From contig JAFATB010000025.1 in NCBI GenBank assembly GCA_019244185.1, positions 128,001 through 192,000 of the forward strand: 64,000 bases of DNA, read 5' to 3'. Shown piece after piece: positions 49,201-58,846 of the stretch. Below the pieces are notes generated by a model that was not told the DNA's origin, did not search any database, and worked only from the letters and a program-made list of their open reading frames with translations. The translations under genes and the position numbers were made by a program. This DNA comes from Acidobacteriota bacterium (GTDB lineage Bacteria; Acidobacteriota; Thermoanaerobaculia; Gp7-AA8). Each line of letters starts with the position of its first letter. Position 1 is the first letter of the stretch.

Positions 49201-50705
49201 GCCGCATCGCCTGCATCCATGTCCCTCTCTTCCCCCTTGCCGCGCGGCTGCGCAGCGAGCCGGATCTGCTCAACGAGGCGCTCGCGATCGTCGAAGGCAA
49301 CGGGGGCGGCGCGCATGTCGTCGCGGCCACGCGGCGCGCGCGGACGAAAGGCATCCGTCCCGGCCTCTCGCTCGCGCAAGCGCGCTCGATCCTGCCGAAG
49401 CTGATCGCGCGCGGACGCGACGTCGAATGCGAGCGCACGGCGCAGGAAGCGCTGCTCGAAGTCGCGGAGACGTTCTCGCCGCGCGTCGAGGACGCCGGCG
49501 ACGGCATGGTCTTCATCGACGTCGCGGGGATGGAGCGCCACTTCGCCGACGAGACGGAGCTCGCGAAAGCAGCCATCCGCGCCGCTGACAGCGTCGGACT
49601 GCCCGCGCGCTGCGGCATCGCCGCGAGCAAGCTCGCCGCGCGCGTCGCGGCCGAGCTGCCGAAATCGCCGACCATCGTCGCGCCCGGCGAGGAAGCGAAG
49701 TTCCTCGCGCCGCTGCCGCTCGTGCGCCTCTCGCCGGAGCTCGACGCCGCGTCGACGTTGCAACGCTGGGGACTCTCGTCGATCGGTGACCTCGCGCGCC
49801 TCCCCGAATCGGAAGTCGCCTCGCGCCTCGGCGAGCTCGGACGCGAGCTGCATTACGCCGCGCGCGGCATCGATCCGCGTCCGCTCATCCCGCGCGCGCT
49901 GCCGCCGGAGTTCCGCGAAGGGATGGAGCTCGAATGGCCGCTCGTCGCGCTCGATCCCTTCCTCTTCATCGCGTCGTCCGCGCTCGACCGCCTCGCGAAG
50001 CGCCTCGAGATGCAAGGCCTCGCCTGCCGCCGTCTCGAGCTGACGATGAACCTCGAGCCGGACGGCTTTCACGCGCGCGGCATCGACCTCCCCGCGCCGA
50101 CACGCGACGTGAAGACGATGCTCACGCTGCTGCGGCTCGATCTCGAGAAGACGCCGCCGGGCGCGCCGGTCGTCGGCTTCTCGCTCGTCGCGCATCCCGA
50201 CCGCCCGCGCCGCGCGCAGCTGTCGCTCTTCGGTCCCGCGGCGCTGTCGCCGGAGAAGCTCGCCACGACGATCGCGAAGCTCGTGGCCATGCTCGGCGAC
50301 GAGCGCGTCGGCGTCCCGATGACCGTCGACGGACATCTCCCCGACCGCTACGCCATCGGCGCGTACGAGCCTCCGCCGCCGCCCGAGCTGCGCCGCAAGC
50401 CGCGCAAGAGCCGCGGCCTTCTCGCCGTGCGCGTCTTCCGCCCGCCGATCCCGATCGAAGTCCTCACCCGCCCCTCCCGCCCCGGCGAGCCGGGCGAAGT
50501 GCAGATCACCGCCCTCCGGGGCGAAGGCGACCTCTCCGGCGACGTCCGCACCTGCGCCGGCCCCTGGCAATGCGAGGAAGGCTGGTGGCGCGACACCCCG
50601 CTCGACCGCGCGTACTGGGACGTCGAGCTGTCGCGAGGCAAGAGCTACCGGGTGTATCGGGATGGAGGGGAGAGCGGGTGGTATGTGGAGGCGGGGTACG
50701 AGTAG
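49197..50705 (+). CDS. imuB: ImuB, inactive Y-family polymerase
   Basis: GIRPGLSLAQARS, FSPRVE..DVAG, beta-clamp motif QLSLF, C-terminal GPW...WW...RAYW; catalytic Asp motif absent (CIHVPLF). Confidence 0.92.
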   Translation: MSRIACIHVPLFPLAARLRSEPDLLNEALAIVEGNGGGAHVVAATRRARTKGIRPGLSLAQARSILPKLIARGRDVECERTAQEALLEVAETFSPRVEDAGDGMVFIDVAGMERHFADETELAKAAIRAADSVGLPARCGIAASKLAARVAAELPKSPTIVAPGEEAKFLAPLPLVRLSPELDAASTLQRWGLSSIGDLARLPESEVASRLGELGRELHYAARGIDPRPLIPRALPPEFREGMELEWPLVALDPFLFIASSALDRLAKRLEMQGLACRRLELTMNLEPDGFHARGIDLPAPTRDVKTMLTLLRLDLEKTPPGAPVVGFSLVAHPDRPRRAQLSLFGPAALSPEKLATTIAKLVAMLGDERVGVPMTVDGHLPDRYAIGAYEPPPPPELRRKPRKSRGLLAVRVFRPPIPIEVLTRPSRPGEPGEVQITALRGEGDLSGDVRTCAGPWQCEEGWWRDTPLDRAYWDVELSRGKSYRVYRDGGESGWYVEAGYE

Positions 50706-50731
50706 GGGATATGGGGAGTAGAGAAAAAGCT

Positions 50732-51163
50732 GAATGAAGAACGCAGAACGCAGAATGAAGAATTGAGAAATGAAGGATATTCATGAGCGGACGTTCGAGT
50801 TTGCGTGCCGCGTCGTGCGGCTGCATCAGGCGCTGATGAAACGTCGCGGTGCGGATCGGACGATTGCGAACCAATTGCTGCGTGCTGCGACCAGCGTTGG
50901 ATCCAATCTCGAAGAAGCCAAGGCGGGACAGAGTCGCGCGGACTTCCTCGCGAAAGCACGCATCTCGCTCAAAGAAGCACGTGAGTCGCACTATTGGCTG
51001 CGCCTCATCGAAGCAACGGAGTTACTCGCCGCGAAACAGATTCACCCGCTCACGGAAGAAGCCAACGAGATCGTCGCCGTCCTGACCGCAATCATCAAAA
51101 AAGCCAGCACGTCCCCTCGTCCCCTTTCTTAATTCTTCATTCTGCGTTCTGCGTTCTTCATTC
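50732..51163 (+). mobile_element. Four-helix-bundle (IVS-like) insertion bounded by 33-bp perfect inverted repeats
   Basis: GAATGAAGAACGCAGAACGCAGAATGAAGAATT at 50732-50764 and its reverse complement at 51131-51163; mobility is inferred only. Confidence 0.6.
50770..51132 (+). CDS. Four helix bundle protein (23S rRNA IVS / Avd-like family)
   Basis: ERTFEFA...NQLLRAATSVGSNLEEA...SRADF..K..ISLKEARESHYWL; lower GC. Confidence 0.93.
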   Translation: MKDIHERTFEFACRVVRLHQALMKRRGADRTIANQLLRAATSVGSNLEEAKAGQSRADFLAKARISLKEARESHYWLRLIEATELLAAKQIHPLTEEANEIVAVLTAIIKKASTSPRPLS

Positions 51164-51175
51164 GGTTTTCTCTCC

Positions 51176-54100
51176 ATGCTCGTCCCCTTCCGTCCCCGCC
51201 CTCGCCACCCCCTCCGCCCCTACGCCGAGCTCCGCGCCTCCTCTTCCTTCTCCTTTCTCAACGGCGCCTCGCTCCCCGAGGACCTCGTCTACCACGGGCT
51301 CGAACGCGGGCTCGAGGCGATGGCGATCGTCGATGCGAATGGGCTCTACGGTGCGCCGCGGTTTCATACGGCGGCAAAGAAAAACGGGATGCGGGCGATC
51401 ATCGGGGCGGAGCTGACGCTCGATGAAACGAAAACGGGCTTGCGCGTCGCCACGCCGCCGCGCGAGGTGCGGGTCACGGTGCTCGTCGAGAACCGCGCGG
51501 GCTACAAGAACCTCTGCAAGCTGCTGACGGCGGGCGCGCTCGGGCGGCCGAAAGGCGAAGCGCGCTACACGTGGGAGCTCATCGAGCAGTACGCGGGCGG
51601 ACTGCGGTGTCTCACGGGCGGCGATGAAGGTCCGATCGCGGACGTCGCGAACGCGGAAACGGCACTGCACAAGATCAGCGGCATCTTTCCGGGACGTACG
51701 CACGTCGAGCTGCAGCGGCATCAGCGGCGCGACGAAGAGCATCGGAACATCGCCCTCGTCGATCTCGCGCGGCGCCTGCGTCTGCCGCTCCTCGCCACGA
51801 ACGGTGTCCGCTACGCGCGCCGCGAAGACAAGGAGCTGCACGACATCCTCACCTGCATCCGCGAGGGGCGCAACGTCGACACCGCCGGCCGGCTCCTCGG
51901 CGTCAACCGCGAACGCCACATCAAGAGCGCCGCCGAGATGACCGCGCTCTTCGCCGACTTGCCCGAAGCCATCGACGGAGCGTGGGAGCTCGCGAACACG
52001 CTCGACTTCACGCTCTCGGACCTCGGCTATCAGTTTCCCGACTACCCGCTTCCTCCGGGCGAGACGAACGACTCGTTTCTGCGCAAGATCACGTGGAACT
52101 CCGCCAAGGCGCGGTTTCGTCCGCTGACCGGCAAGGCGCAGCTGCAGCTCGAGAAAGAGCTGAACATGATCGAGAAGCTGCAGCTCGCCGGCTACTTCCT
52201 CATCGTCTGGGACATCGTGCAGTTCTGCAACCGCGAGAAGATCCTCGTGCAGGGGCGCGGCTCCGCGGCGAACAGCGCCGTGTGCTACGCGCTCGGCATC
52301 ACCGCGGTCGATCCCGTGAAGATGGACCTGCTCTTCGAGCGCTTCCTCTCCGAAGAGCGCGGCGAGTGGCCGGACATCGATCTCGATCTGCCGTCCGGCA
52401 GCCAGCGCGAGCGCGTCATCCAGCACGTCTACGAGCGCTACGGACAGCACGGCGCGGCGATGACGGCGAACGTCATCACATACCGCGACCGCAGCGCCGC
52501 GCGCGAAGTCGGCAAGTCGCTCGGCTTCTCGCTCGAACAGGCGGACAAACTCTCGAAGTGCGTCAGCACCTGGAACTTCGGCGAGATCCGCGAAAAGATC
52601 GAGAACCTGCCCGAACAGCTCGCGCTGAGCGGCTTCGATCCCGAGGACCTGCGCGTGCAGCACTTCATGCGGTTGTATCTGCAGATCCAGAATCTGCCGC
52701 GGCACATGGGGCAGCATTCGGGCGGAATGGTGCTCGCGAAAGGGCGCCTCGACGAGGTCGTGCCGCTCGAGCCGGCGTCGATGCCGGGTCGCGTCGTCAT
52801 TCAATGGGATAAGGAAGACTGCGCCGATCTCGGCATCATCAAAGTCGATCTCCTCGGCCTGGGGATGCTCGCCGCGATCGAAGAGATGATCCCGACGATC
52901 GCCACGTGCGAGAAGAAGGAAGTCGATCTCGCGCATCTGCCGGAGAACGATCCGCGCGTCTACAAGATGCTCAACGAGGCCGACACCATCGGCATGTTCC
53001 AGGTCGAGAGCCGCGCGCAGATGGCGTCGCTGCCCCGCAATGCTCCGAAGTGTTTCTACGACATCGTCGTGCAGGTCGCCATCATCCGACCCGGTCCGAT
53101 CGTCGGCGGCATGATCAAGCCGTTCTTCGATAGGCGCCAGGGCCGCGCGCTGGTCGAGTATCCGCATCCGTGTCTCGAGCCGATCCTCGCGCGCACGCTC
53201 GGCGTGCCGCTGTTTCAGGAGCAGCTCTTGCGCATCGCCATGGTCGCCGCGGGCTTCACCGGCGGCGAGGCGGAAGAGCTGCGGCGCGCGATGGGCTTCA
53301 AGCGCTCGATGGACCGCATGCGCGACATCGAGACGCGGCTCCGCGACGGCATGACGAAGAACGGAATCGGTGAGGCCGCGCAGGATCAGATCGTGAAGTC
53401 GATCACCTCGTTCGCGCTCTACGGCTTCCCCGAGTCGCACGCGGCGAGCTTCGCGCTCATCGCGTATGCGAGCGCGTACCTCAAGGCGCATCATCCCGCC
53501 GCGTTCTACATGGCGCTGCTCAACGCGTGGCCGATGGGCTTCTATCATCCGGCCACGCTGATCAAAGACGCGCAGCGTCACGGCGTGAAGGTGTTTCCCG
53601 TCGACGTCAACAAATCCGGCTGGAAGTGTTGCTGGGAAAACAACGGCGTGCGCCTCGGCTTCCGCTTCGTCAAAGGACTGCGCGAGTCGAGCGGACGCCG
53701 CGTCGAAGCGGCGCAGCCGTTCACGGGCACGGACGATCTCGCGCGCCGCGCCGCGCTGCGCGACGATCAGCTGACGAAGCTCGCCTACGCCGGCGCGCTC
53801 GCAACGTTCGGCATGACGCGGCGCGCCGCGCTCTGGCAGGCGTCATACGCGGCGAAGGATGCGGGCGAGCTGTTCGAACGCGCGCCGGAAGCGCAGCAGG
53901 ACTCGCCGCTGCCGGAGATGTCGATGGTCGAGGAGACACTGACCGACTACCAGTCGATGGAGCTCACCACCGGCCGGCATCTCCTCGAGCACTTCCGCCC
54001 GCGGCTGCGCAAGGAAGGCGTGCTGACCGCGACGCAGCTGAAACAGGTGCCGAACGGCAGCCGCGTCGTCACCGCCGGCGCGGTCATCGTCCGCCAGCGT

Positions 54101-54331
54101 CCCGGCACCGCGAAAGGCTTCGTCTTCCTCACGCTCGAAGACGAGACCGGCCTCTCGCAGGCCATCGTCAATCCACCGCTCTTCGCCGAACAGCGCACCA
54201 CCATTCTCGCCAACTCCGGCCTCATCGTCGAAGGCATCGTGCAGAACCAGGAAGGACAAGCCTCCGTGCGCGCGGAACGTTTCTGGCCGCTCGACGGCAT
54301 GCACGACGTGCAGAGCTACGACTTTCACTGA
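51176..54331 (+). CDS. dnaE2: Error-prone DNA polymerase DnaE2 (ImuC)
   Basis: PHP domain, GRGSAANS, PDIDLD, KVDLLGLG, YGFPESHA, RQRPGTAKG, C-terminal SYDFH (SRDFH-like). Confidence 0.96.
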   Translation: MLVPFRPRPRHPLRPYAELRASSSFSFLNGASLPEDLVYHGLERGLEAMAIVDANGLYGAPRFHTAAKKNGMRAIIGAELTLDETKTGLRVATPPREVRVTVLVENRAGYKNLCKLLTAGALGRPKGEARYTWELIEQYAGGLRCLTGGDEGPIADVANAETALHKISGIFPGRTHVELQRHQRRDEEHRNIALVDLARRLRLPLLATNGVRYARREDKELHDILTCIREGRNVDTAGRLLGVNRERHIKSAAEMTALFADLPEAIDGAWELANTLDFTLSDLGYQFPDYPLPPGETNDSFLRKITWNSAKARFRPLTGKAQLQLEKELNMIEKLQLAGYFLIVWDIVQFCNREKILVQGRGSAANSAVCYALGITAVDPVKMDLLFERFLSEERGEWPDIDLDLPSGSQRERVIQHVYERYGQHGAAMTANVITYRDRSAAREVGKSLGFSLEQADKLSKCVSTWNFGEIREKIENLPEQLALSGFDPEDLRVQHFMRLYLQIQNLPRHMGQHSGGMVLAKGRLDEVVPLEPASMPGRVVIQWDKEDCADLGIIKVDLLGLGMLAAIEEMIPTIATCEKKEVDLAHLPENDPRVYKMLNEADTIGMFQVESRAQMASLPRNAPKCFYDIVVQVAIIRPGPIVGGMIKPFFDRRQGRALVEYPHPCLEPILARTLGVPLFQEQLLRIAMVAAGFTGGEAEELRRAMGFKRSMDRMRDIETRLRDGMTKNGIGEAAQDQIVKSITSFALYGFPESHAASFALIAYASAYLKAHHPAAFYMALLNAWPMGFYHPATLIKDAQRHGVKVFPVDVNKSGWKCCWENNGVRLGFRFVKGLRESSGRRVEAAQPFTGTDDLARRAALRDDQLTKLAYAGALATFGMTRRAALWQASYAAKDAGELFERAPEAQQDSPLPEMSMVEETLTDYQSMELTTGRHLLEHFRPRLRKEGVLTATQLKQVPNGSRVVTAGAVIVRQRPGTAKGFVFLTLEDETGLSQAIVNPPLFAEQRTTILANSGLIVEGIVQNQEGQASVRAERFWPLDGMHDVQSYDFH

Positions 54332-54386
54332 CGCGCCGGCGCCGATCGGCAAGCGCACAGATTCGAGGGCGCTTACAATCGTGTGC

Positions 54387-55460
54387 ATGAGCACGAATCC
54401 GCTCGTGCCGGTCACGCCGGTCGCGGTCTCGCCCGAGCCGCGGCGGCGGATCGCGTGGGAAGAAGCGGTGGCGTACGCGATCATCGGCGCGCTGGTGCTC
54501 TTCGCGCTGATGCAGCACCTCGCGGCGGCCGTGATCGTCGGCCTGATGCTCTACCGCATCCTCGACCGCTTGTCCGAGCGCTTCCGCGGGCGCATGTCGC
54601 ACGGCGTCGTGCGTCCGCTGGCGTTGCTGATCGTGACGACGGCGACGGCGGCGATCGTCGCGGCGGCGGTCGCGCTCATCGTGACGATGCTGCGCCGCGG
54701 CGCCGCGAACGTGCCGGAGATGATGGAGCGCATGGCCGAGATCCTCGGATCGGTGCGGCTGTGGCTCGGCGGGCTCGGACGGCAGTTCATCCCCGAAGTG
54801 ATGACCGATGCCGAAGACTTCAAGGCGGTGATCGTGGCGTGGCTGAAGACGCACGCGCAGACGCTGCGCGCCGGCAGCGTGTGGCTGGGCATCGGCCTGG
54901 TGCACATGATCATGGGCAGTCTCATGGCGATCCTGGTCTTCTTCCGCCATGTCACGCATCACGATTCCGAGGATCGCGGACCGCTGGCGCGCCACCTCGT
55001 GGAGAAAGTGGGGCGCTTCGCGGAGGCGTTCTCGCAGATCGCCGTGGCGCAGGTGAAGATCTCGGCGGTCAACACTTCGCTCACCGGCATCTACCTGCTC
55101 GTCGTGCTGCCGCTGTTCGGAATCGAGATTCCGTTCCGCACCACGCTGGTCGTGATCACCTTCCTCTGCGGCCTCATCCCGGTGCTCGGCAACCTCATCT
55201 CGAACACCGTCATCACGATTCTGTCGATGGGCGTCTCGATGGGCACCGCGTTCGCGTCGCTCGCGTTTCTCGTCGTCATCCACAAGCTCGAGTACCTGAT
55301 CAACTCGCGCATCGTGGGCGGCGAGACGGACTCGCAGGCGTGGGAGATCCTCCTGGCGATCATCGTCGGCGAGGCGGCGTTCGGCGTGAGCGGCGTAGTC
55401 ATGGCGCCGATCGTTTACGCATTCATCAAGCGCGAGCTGCGCGAACACGCGCTCGTTTAG
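54387..55460 (+). CDS. AI-2E family transporter
   Basis: Multi-TM; AQVKISAVN, GLIPVLGNLISN, HKLEY, FGVSGVVMAPI. Confidence 0.9.
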   Translation: MSTNPLVPVTPVAVSPEPRRRIAWEEAVAYAIIGALVLFALMQHLAAAVIVGLMLYRILDRLSERFRGRMSHGVVRPLALLIVTTATAAIVAAAVALIVTMLRRGAANVPEMMERMAEILGSVRLWLGGLGRQFIPEVMTDAEDFKAVIVAWLKTHAQTLRAGSVWLGIGLVHMIMGSLMAILVFFRHVTHHDSEDRGPLARHLVEKVGRFAEAFSQIAVAQVKISAVNTSLTGIYLLVVLPLFGIEIPFRTTLVVITFLCGLIPVLGNLISNTVITILSMGVSMGTAFASLAFLVVIHKLEYLINSRIVGGETDSQAWEILLAIIVGEAAFGVSGVVMAPIVYAFIKRELREHALV

Positions 55461-55485
55461 CCGATAATGTCGGCGAGAGGTCCAA

Positions 55486-57546
55486 ATGCTCCGATTCGAT
55501 CGATGGGTGGGCGTGGTGTGCGCGGTGGCGCTGCCGTGGATTGCGGCGGCGCAGAACAAGCTCGTGATCGCGGGCGGCGTTTACGAAGACCGTCCGGCGC
55601 TGGCCGTGCGCGGCAACTTCACGCCCATCCGCAACGCGGCGGTGAAGCTCTATCGCGGCGGCGCATATCTCTCGTCGACGCGCACCGACGCGGCCGGCCT
55701 CTACGCGTTCCCGCTCGTGAGCGGCGGCGAGTACACGGTGGCGATCGACTCGCGCTCGTTCGGTGAGAACGCGTGGGCGGAACAGACCTTCGGCCCCTCG
55801 GGCGCGCGCTGCGCGCAGCCCGACGGCTCGACGCGCATGCAGTTCTTCGAAGGCGCATGCTTCGGCGGAAAGAGTGGCGCGAGCGACGACGCGTCGACAC
55901 TCGCCACGTCCGAGCACATCGCCGTCGTCACCGTGCGCGACACGCCGGCCACCGCCGTCGACTTCGCGTTCAGCTACGACGTCGTGACCTCGACGAATGA
56001 CGGCGAGCGCATCCAGGGCTCGCTCCGCCAGTTCCTCCTCAACGCCAACGCGATCGGCGGACCCGATCGCATGCGCTTCGTGCCCACCTCACGCGCGCCC
56101 GAGCAGCGGCAGCCGATCGTCGGCGTGCCGCCGCGCTGGTGGATGATCACGTGCCTGTCGCCGCTGCCGCAGTTGCAGGACGCCGACACGGTCGTCGATG
56201 GCAGCGCGTACAACTTTCTCTCCCCCGACACGTTCGCGAATCCGAACCCCGGCCGCCTCGGCGAGCCTCCGACGCTGAAGGCCGAGGATCGCTCCGCGCA
56301 GCGCATCGAAAAGCCGGAGCTCGAGATCGTCGCCAGCGGACCCGAAGGTCTCGTCTGCAACGCGCGTTGCGTCGTGTACGGTCTCGCGCTGCACGGCGCG
56401 CCCGCGGCCATCGTCACGCGCGCCGACGCGCGCGTCGAGAACGTGATCCTCGGCGGCGCGCCCGACGCCGCGTACACGCAGAACGGCGAAGTCGGACTGC
56501 AGGTGGAGCGCGGCACGACGATCGCGCGGCAGGTGCTCGTCACCGCGCAGACGCGCGGCGGCGTGATCGTCGCGCCCGGCGCGCGCATCGACGCCGAACA
56601 TCTCGACGTCAGCCGCTGTGGCGGTCCCGAGACCGGCGGCGGCATCGTGCTGCTCTCCGACGGCTCGTCGATCCGCGCGTCCGTCGTCACGCAGAATCCC
56701 GGCGCGGGCGTGCTCGTCGGCTCCGGACAGTCACCGGCGAGCGGCAACACCATCGACGGCAACACGATCAGCTCGAACCAGGCCGGCATCATTCTGTGGG
56801 CCGGCTCGTCGCGCAACACGGTCACGCACAACGACATCATGTGGAACCGTCTCGGCGGCGTGACCATCGCGCCGTACACGAACGCGCCGCCGCACGAGAA
56901 CCGCCTCAGCGCGAACCGCTTCGACGAGAACGGTCTCCGCCCGATCATCCTCAACCTCGGCAGCACCGATCCGAACGTGCTCGCGCGCAGCGAGGGCTCG
57001 TGCAACTCCATCGCGAACGCCGCGAACCTCGGCATCGCGCCGCCGCAGATCACCAGCGTGCAGATGGTCACCGACAACGGCAACGCCGTGCGCGTCGTCG
57101 TACGCGGCAAAGCGTGCCGCGGCCAGATCGTCGAGCTGTATCAGTCCTTCGTGACATCCGGCGTGCGCGAGGAATCGCCCGACCTGCCGCGCGTCCGCAA
57201 CGAGAAGAACAGCCGCGGCGAGACGCTGACGAACGACAACCGCACGCAGGGACTGCCGTCCATCGGCGAGTTCAACTACGTCGGCGCGACGAACGCCGGC
57301 GCCGACGGGACGTTCGAAGCCTCGTTCCCGCTCGTCGACACCAACGGCATGCCGCGCGACAACGGAAACGCGCAGAAGAGCGAGACGAACGAGGAGACCG
57401 ACATCTGGGCGCGCGACCTCCTGCGCGGCGCGCATCCGAACGAGCGCGCGTTCTCCGCCGTCGCCATCGATCCCGTGGGCAACACGTCGGAGATGAGCGT
57501 GCGCAGGCAGGTGGACCGCTCAAAAGAGGAGCGCGCAGAAAGATAG
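55486..57546 (+). CDS. Secreted protein: SdrD-B-like domain plus right-handed beta-helix
   Basis: Signal peptide; TRTDAAGLYAF; QGSLRQFLLNAN; GNTIDGNTISSN repeats; GNTSEMS. Confidence 0.8.
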   Translation: MLRFDRWVGVVCAVALPWIAAAQNKLVIAGGVYEDRPALAVRGNFTPIRNAAVKLYRGGAYLSSTRTDAAGLYAFPLVSGGEYTVAIDSRSFGENAWAEQTFGPSGARCAQPDGSTRMQFFEGACFGGKSGASDDASTLATSEHIAVVTVRDTPATAVDFAFSYDVVTSTNDGERIQGSLRQFLLNANAIGGPDRMRFVPTSRAPEQRQPIVGVPPRWWMITCLSPLPQLQDADTVVDGSAYNFLSPDTFANPNPGRLGEPPTLKAEDRSAQRIEKPELEIVASGPEGLVCNARCVVYGLALHGAPAAIVTRADARVENVILGGAPDAAYTQNGEVGLQVERGTTIARQVLVTAQTRGGVIVAPGARIDAEHLDVSRCGGPETGGGIVLLSDGSSIRASVVTQNPGAGVLVGSGQSPASGNTIDGNTISSNQAGIILWAGSSRNTVTHNDIMWNRLGGVTIAPYTNAPPHENRLSANRFDENGLRPIILNLGSTDPNVLARSEGSCNSIANAANLGIAPPQITSVQMVTDNGNAVRVVVRGKACRGQIVELYQSFVTSGVREESPDLPRVRNEKNSRGETLTNDNRTQGLPSIGEFNYVGATNAGADGTFEASFPLVDTNGMPRDNGNAQKSETNEETDIWARDLLRGAHPNERAFSAVAIDPVGNTSEMSVRRQVDRSKEERAER

Positions 57547-57557
57547 CTGCGCGCTCG

Positions 57558-57968
57558 CTACCGCCGCGCGAGCCGCTGCACCACGCGCGTCGTCAGCCGC
57601 AGCATCGTCAACGCGATCCCGCGCGCGCGGCGCACGCGCACGCGGCGGCCGTCGCGTTCGGCAAATGCCACGCGGCCGAGGAGCTGATCGAATGAAGCGG
57701 GAGGATCGTCGGCGGGCGCGTTGTCGCCTCGCGTGACGAGCGTCGTCGCATCGATGCGCAGCACGCGGTGCGCGGTGAGGCCGCGGGCGGCGCGGGTGAG
57801 CACGACGTCGCCGCGCGCGATCGACGCGGGATGCGCGGGCACGACGTGCAGCAGATCGTCGCCGTGAATCAGCGGATGCATGCTGTCGCCGCGCGCGCGG
57901 AACTGCACCTCGTGGCCTCGCCCGAGAAGATCGGCGATGAGATCCGCGGCATCGACCGCGGAGGTCAT
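57558..57968 (-). CDS. S24/S26 family peptidase (Ser-His type); candidate RiPP leader peptidase
   Basis: GDSMHPLI (Ser), GDVV, AHRV, TRGDN; ATGA-coupled to the upstream kinase. Confidence 0.88.
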   Translation of the reverse strand: MTSAVDAADLIADLLGRGHEVQFRARGDSMHPLIHGDDLLHVVPAHPASIARGDVVLTRAARGLTAHRVLRIDATTLVTRGDNAPADDPPASFDQLLGRVAFAERDGRRVRVRRARGIALTMLRLTTRVVQRLARR

Positions 57969-58846
57969 GACGCGGCGCCGCCGAGGACGAGCTCGATGAC
58001 GCTCGGGTCGCGTACGAACTGCAGCTCGCGCACGGCCACGCGCGACGCGAGCCGTTGCAGGAAGCCGAGCGTGAAGTCGAGCGCGTGCGCATCGTGGAAG
58101 AGCGGAAACGTGCAGCGGAAGAGACGCGCCACCGCTTCCGCGTCGCTGAGATCGCGCAGCGCATTCGATGTCGCCTGCGTCAGCAGATACACGCCGGCCA
58201 GCGGCACGCCCGTGTTGATCGAGAGCTCCGCCTCGCCGTGCCACGGCGTGCCGTACATCCAGTACGCGCCGTCGCGCTCGCGGACGATCACGCGGTCGTC
58301 GCTGACGATCGCGGCCGCGGTTCCTTCCCACAGCCGCGCGGTGGTCGTCTTCCCCGCGCCGGAGACGCCGACGAAGAGCTGGCCGCGGCCTTCGCCGTCG
58401 ATGACGCCGCACGAATGCAGTTCCACGCCGCGGCCGCGCGCGAGCAGGTTCGCGACGAGCACTTCATCGAGCGGATAGTCGAGCGGATTGAGCGAGGCGA
58501 CGTCGGGACGCAGCTGAATCGTTCCGCGCGCGAACTCCGCATCGAACGTCGCGATCTTGTACGGCGTATCGCCGAAGGCTTCCGATCGGCAGTCGATGCG
58601 GAAGCCGTCGCCGTCGCGGTAGAGGCGCCAGACCGCGTCGGAATCGAAGATCAGCTCCGCGGGCGGCGGAGGGGACGCGTCCATCAGCACGACGTCGAGC
58701 GTGAGATCCGGCGTCACGCCGGAGACGGACTGCGGCGGCACGAGGAACCGGCTCACCGGCTCGTGCCACTTCCACGCGATGCGCTCGTCCTCGCAGCGCA
58801 CGGCGATGGTGATCGCCGCGATCTGCAGGAACGACGCGCGCGGCAC
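57965..58846 (-). CDS. HprK-related P-loop kinase
   Basis: LHSCGV...GVSGAGKTT (His plus Walker A), VSDDR, YGTPWHG; GTG start overlaps the precursor stop codon. Confidence 0.88.
   Translation of the reverse strand: MPRASFLQIAAITIAVRCEDERIAWKWHEPVSRFLVPPQSVSGVTPDLTLDVVLMDASPPPPAELIFDSDAVWRLYRDGDGFRIDCRSEAFGDTPYKIATFDAEFARGTIQLRPDVASLNPLDYPLDEVLVANLLARGRGVELHSCGVIDGEGRGQLFVGVSGAGKTTTARLWEGTAAAIVSDDRVIVRERDGAYWMYGTPWHGEAELSINTGVPLAGVYLLTQATSNALRDLSDAEAVARLFRCTFPLFHDAHALDFTLGFLQRLASRVAVRELQFVRDPSVIELVLGGAAS

Larger units (their letters stand above)
48825..49219 (+). repeat. Tandem duplications of the imuA/imuB junction
   Basis: 90-bp direct repeat 48954-49043 / 49130-49219 (6 mismatches); four copies of (G/C)AGGAnGC-N4-RTGA. 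Confidence 0.9.

Noticed and set aside
48825-49219. CRISPR-like array
   Set aside because: Only two long copies plus partial ones, period 161-176 bp, derived from the imuB start; no cas genes.
50770-51132. Diversity-generating retroelement (Avd-like gene)
   Set aside because: No reverse transcriptase and no TR/VR repeat pair with adenine-specific mismatches seen in the window.
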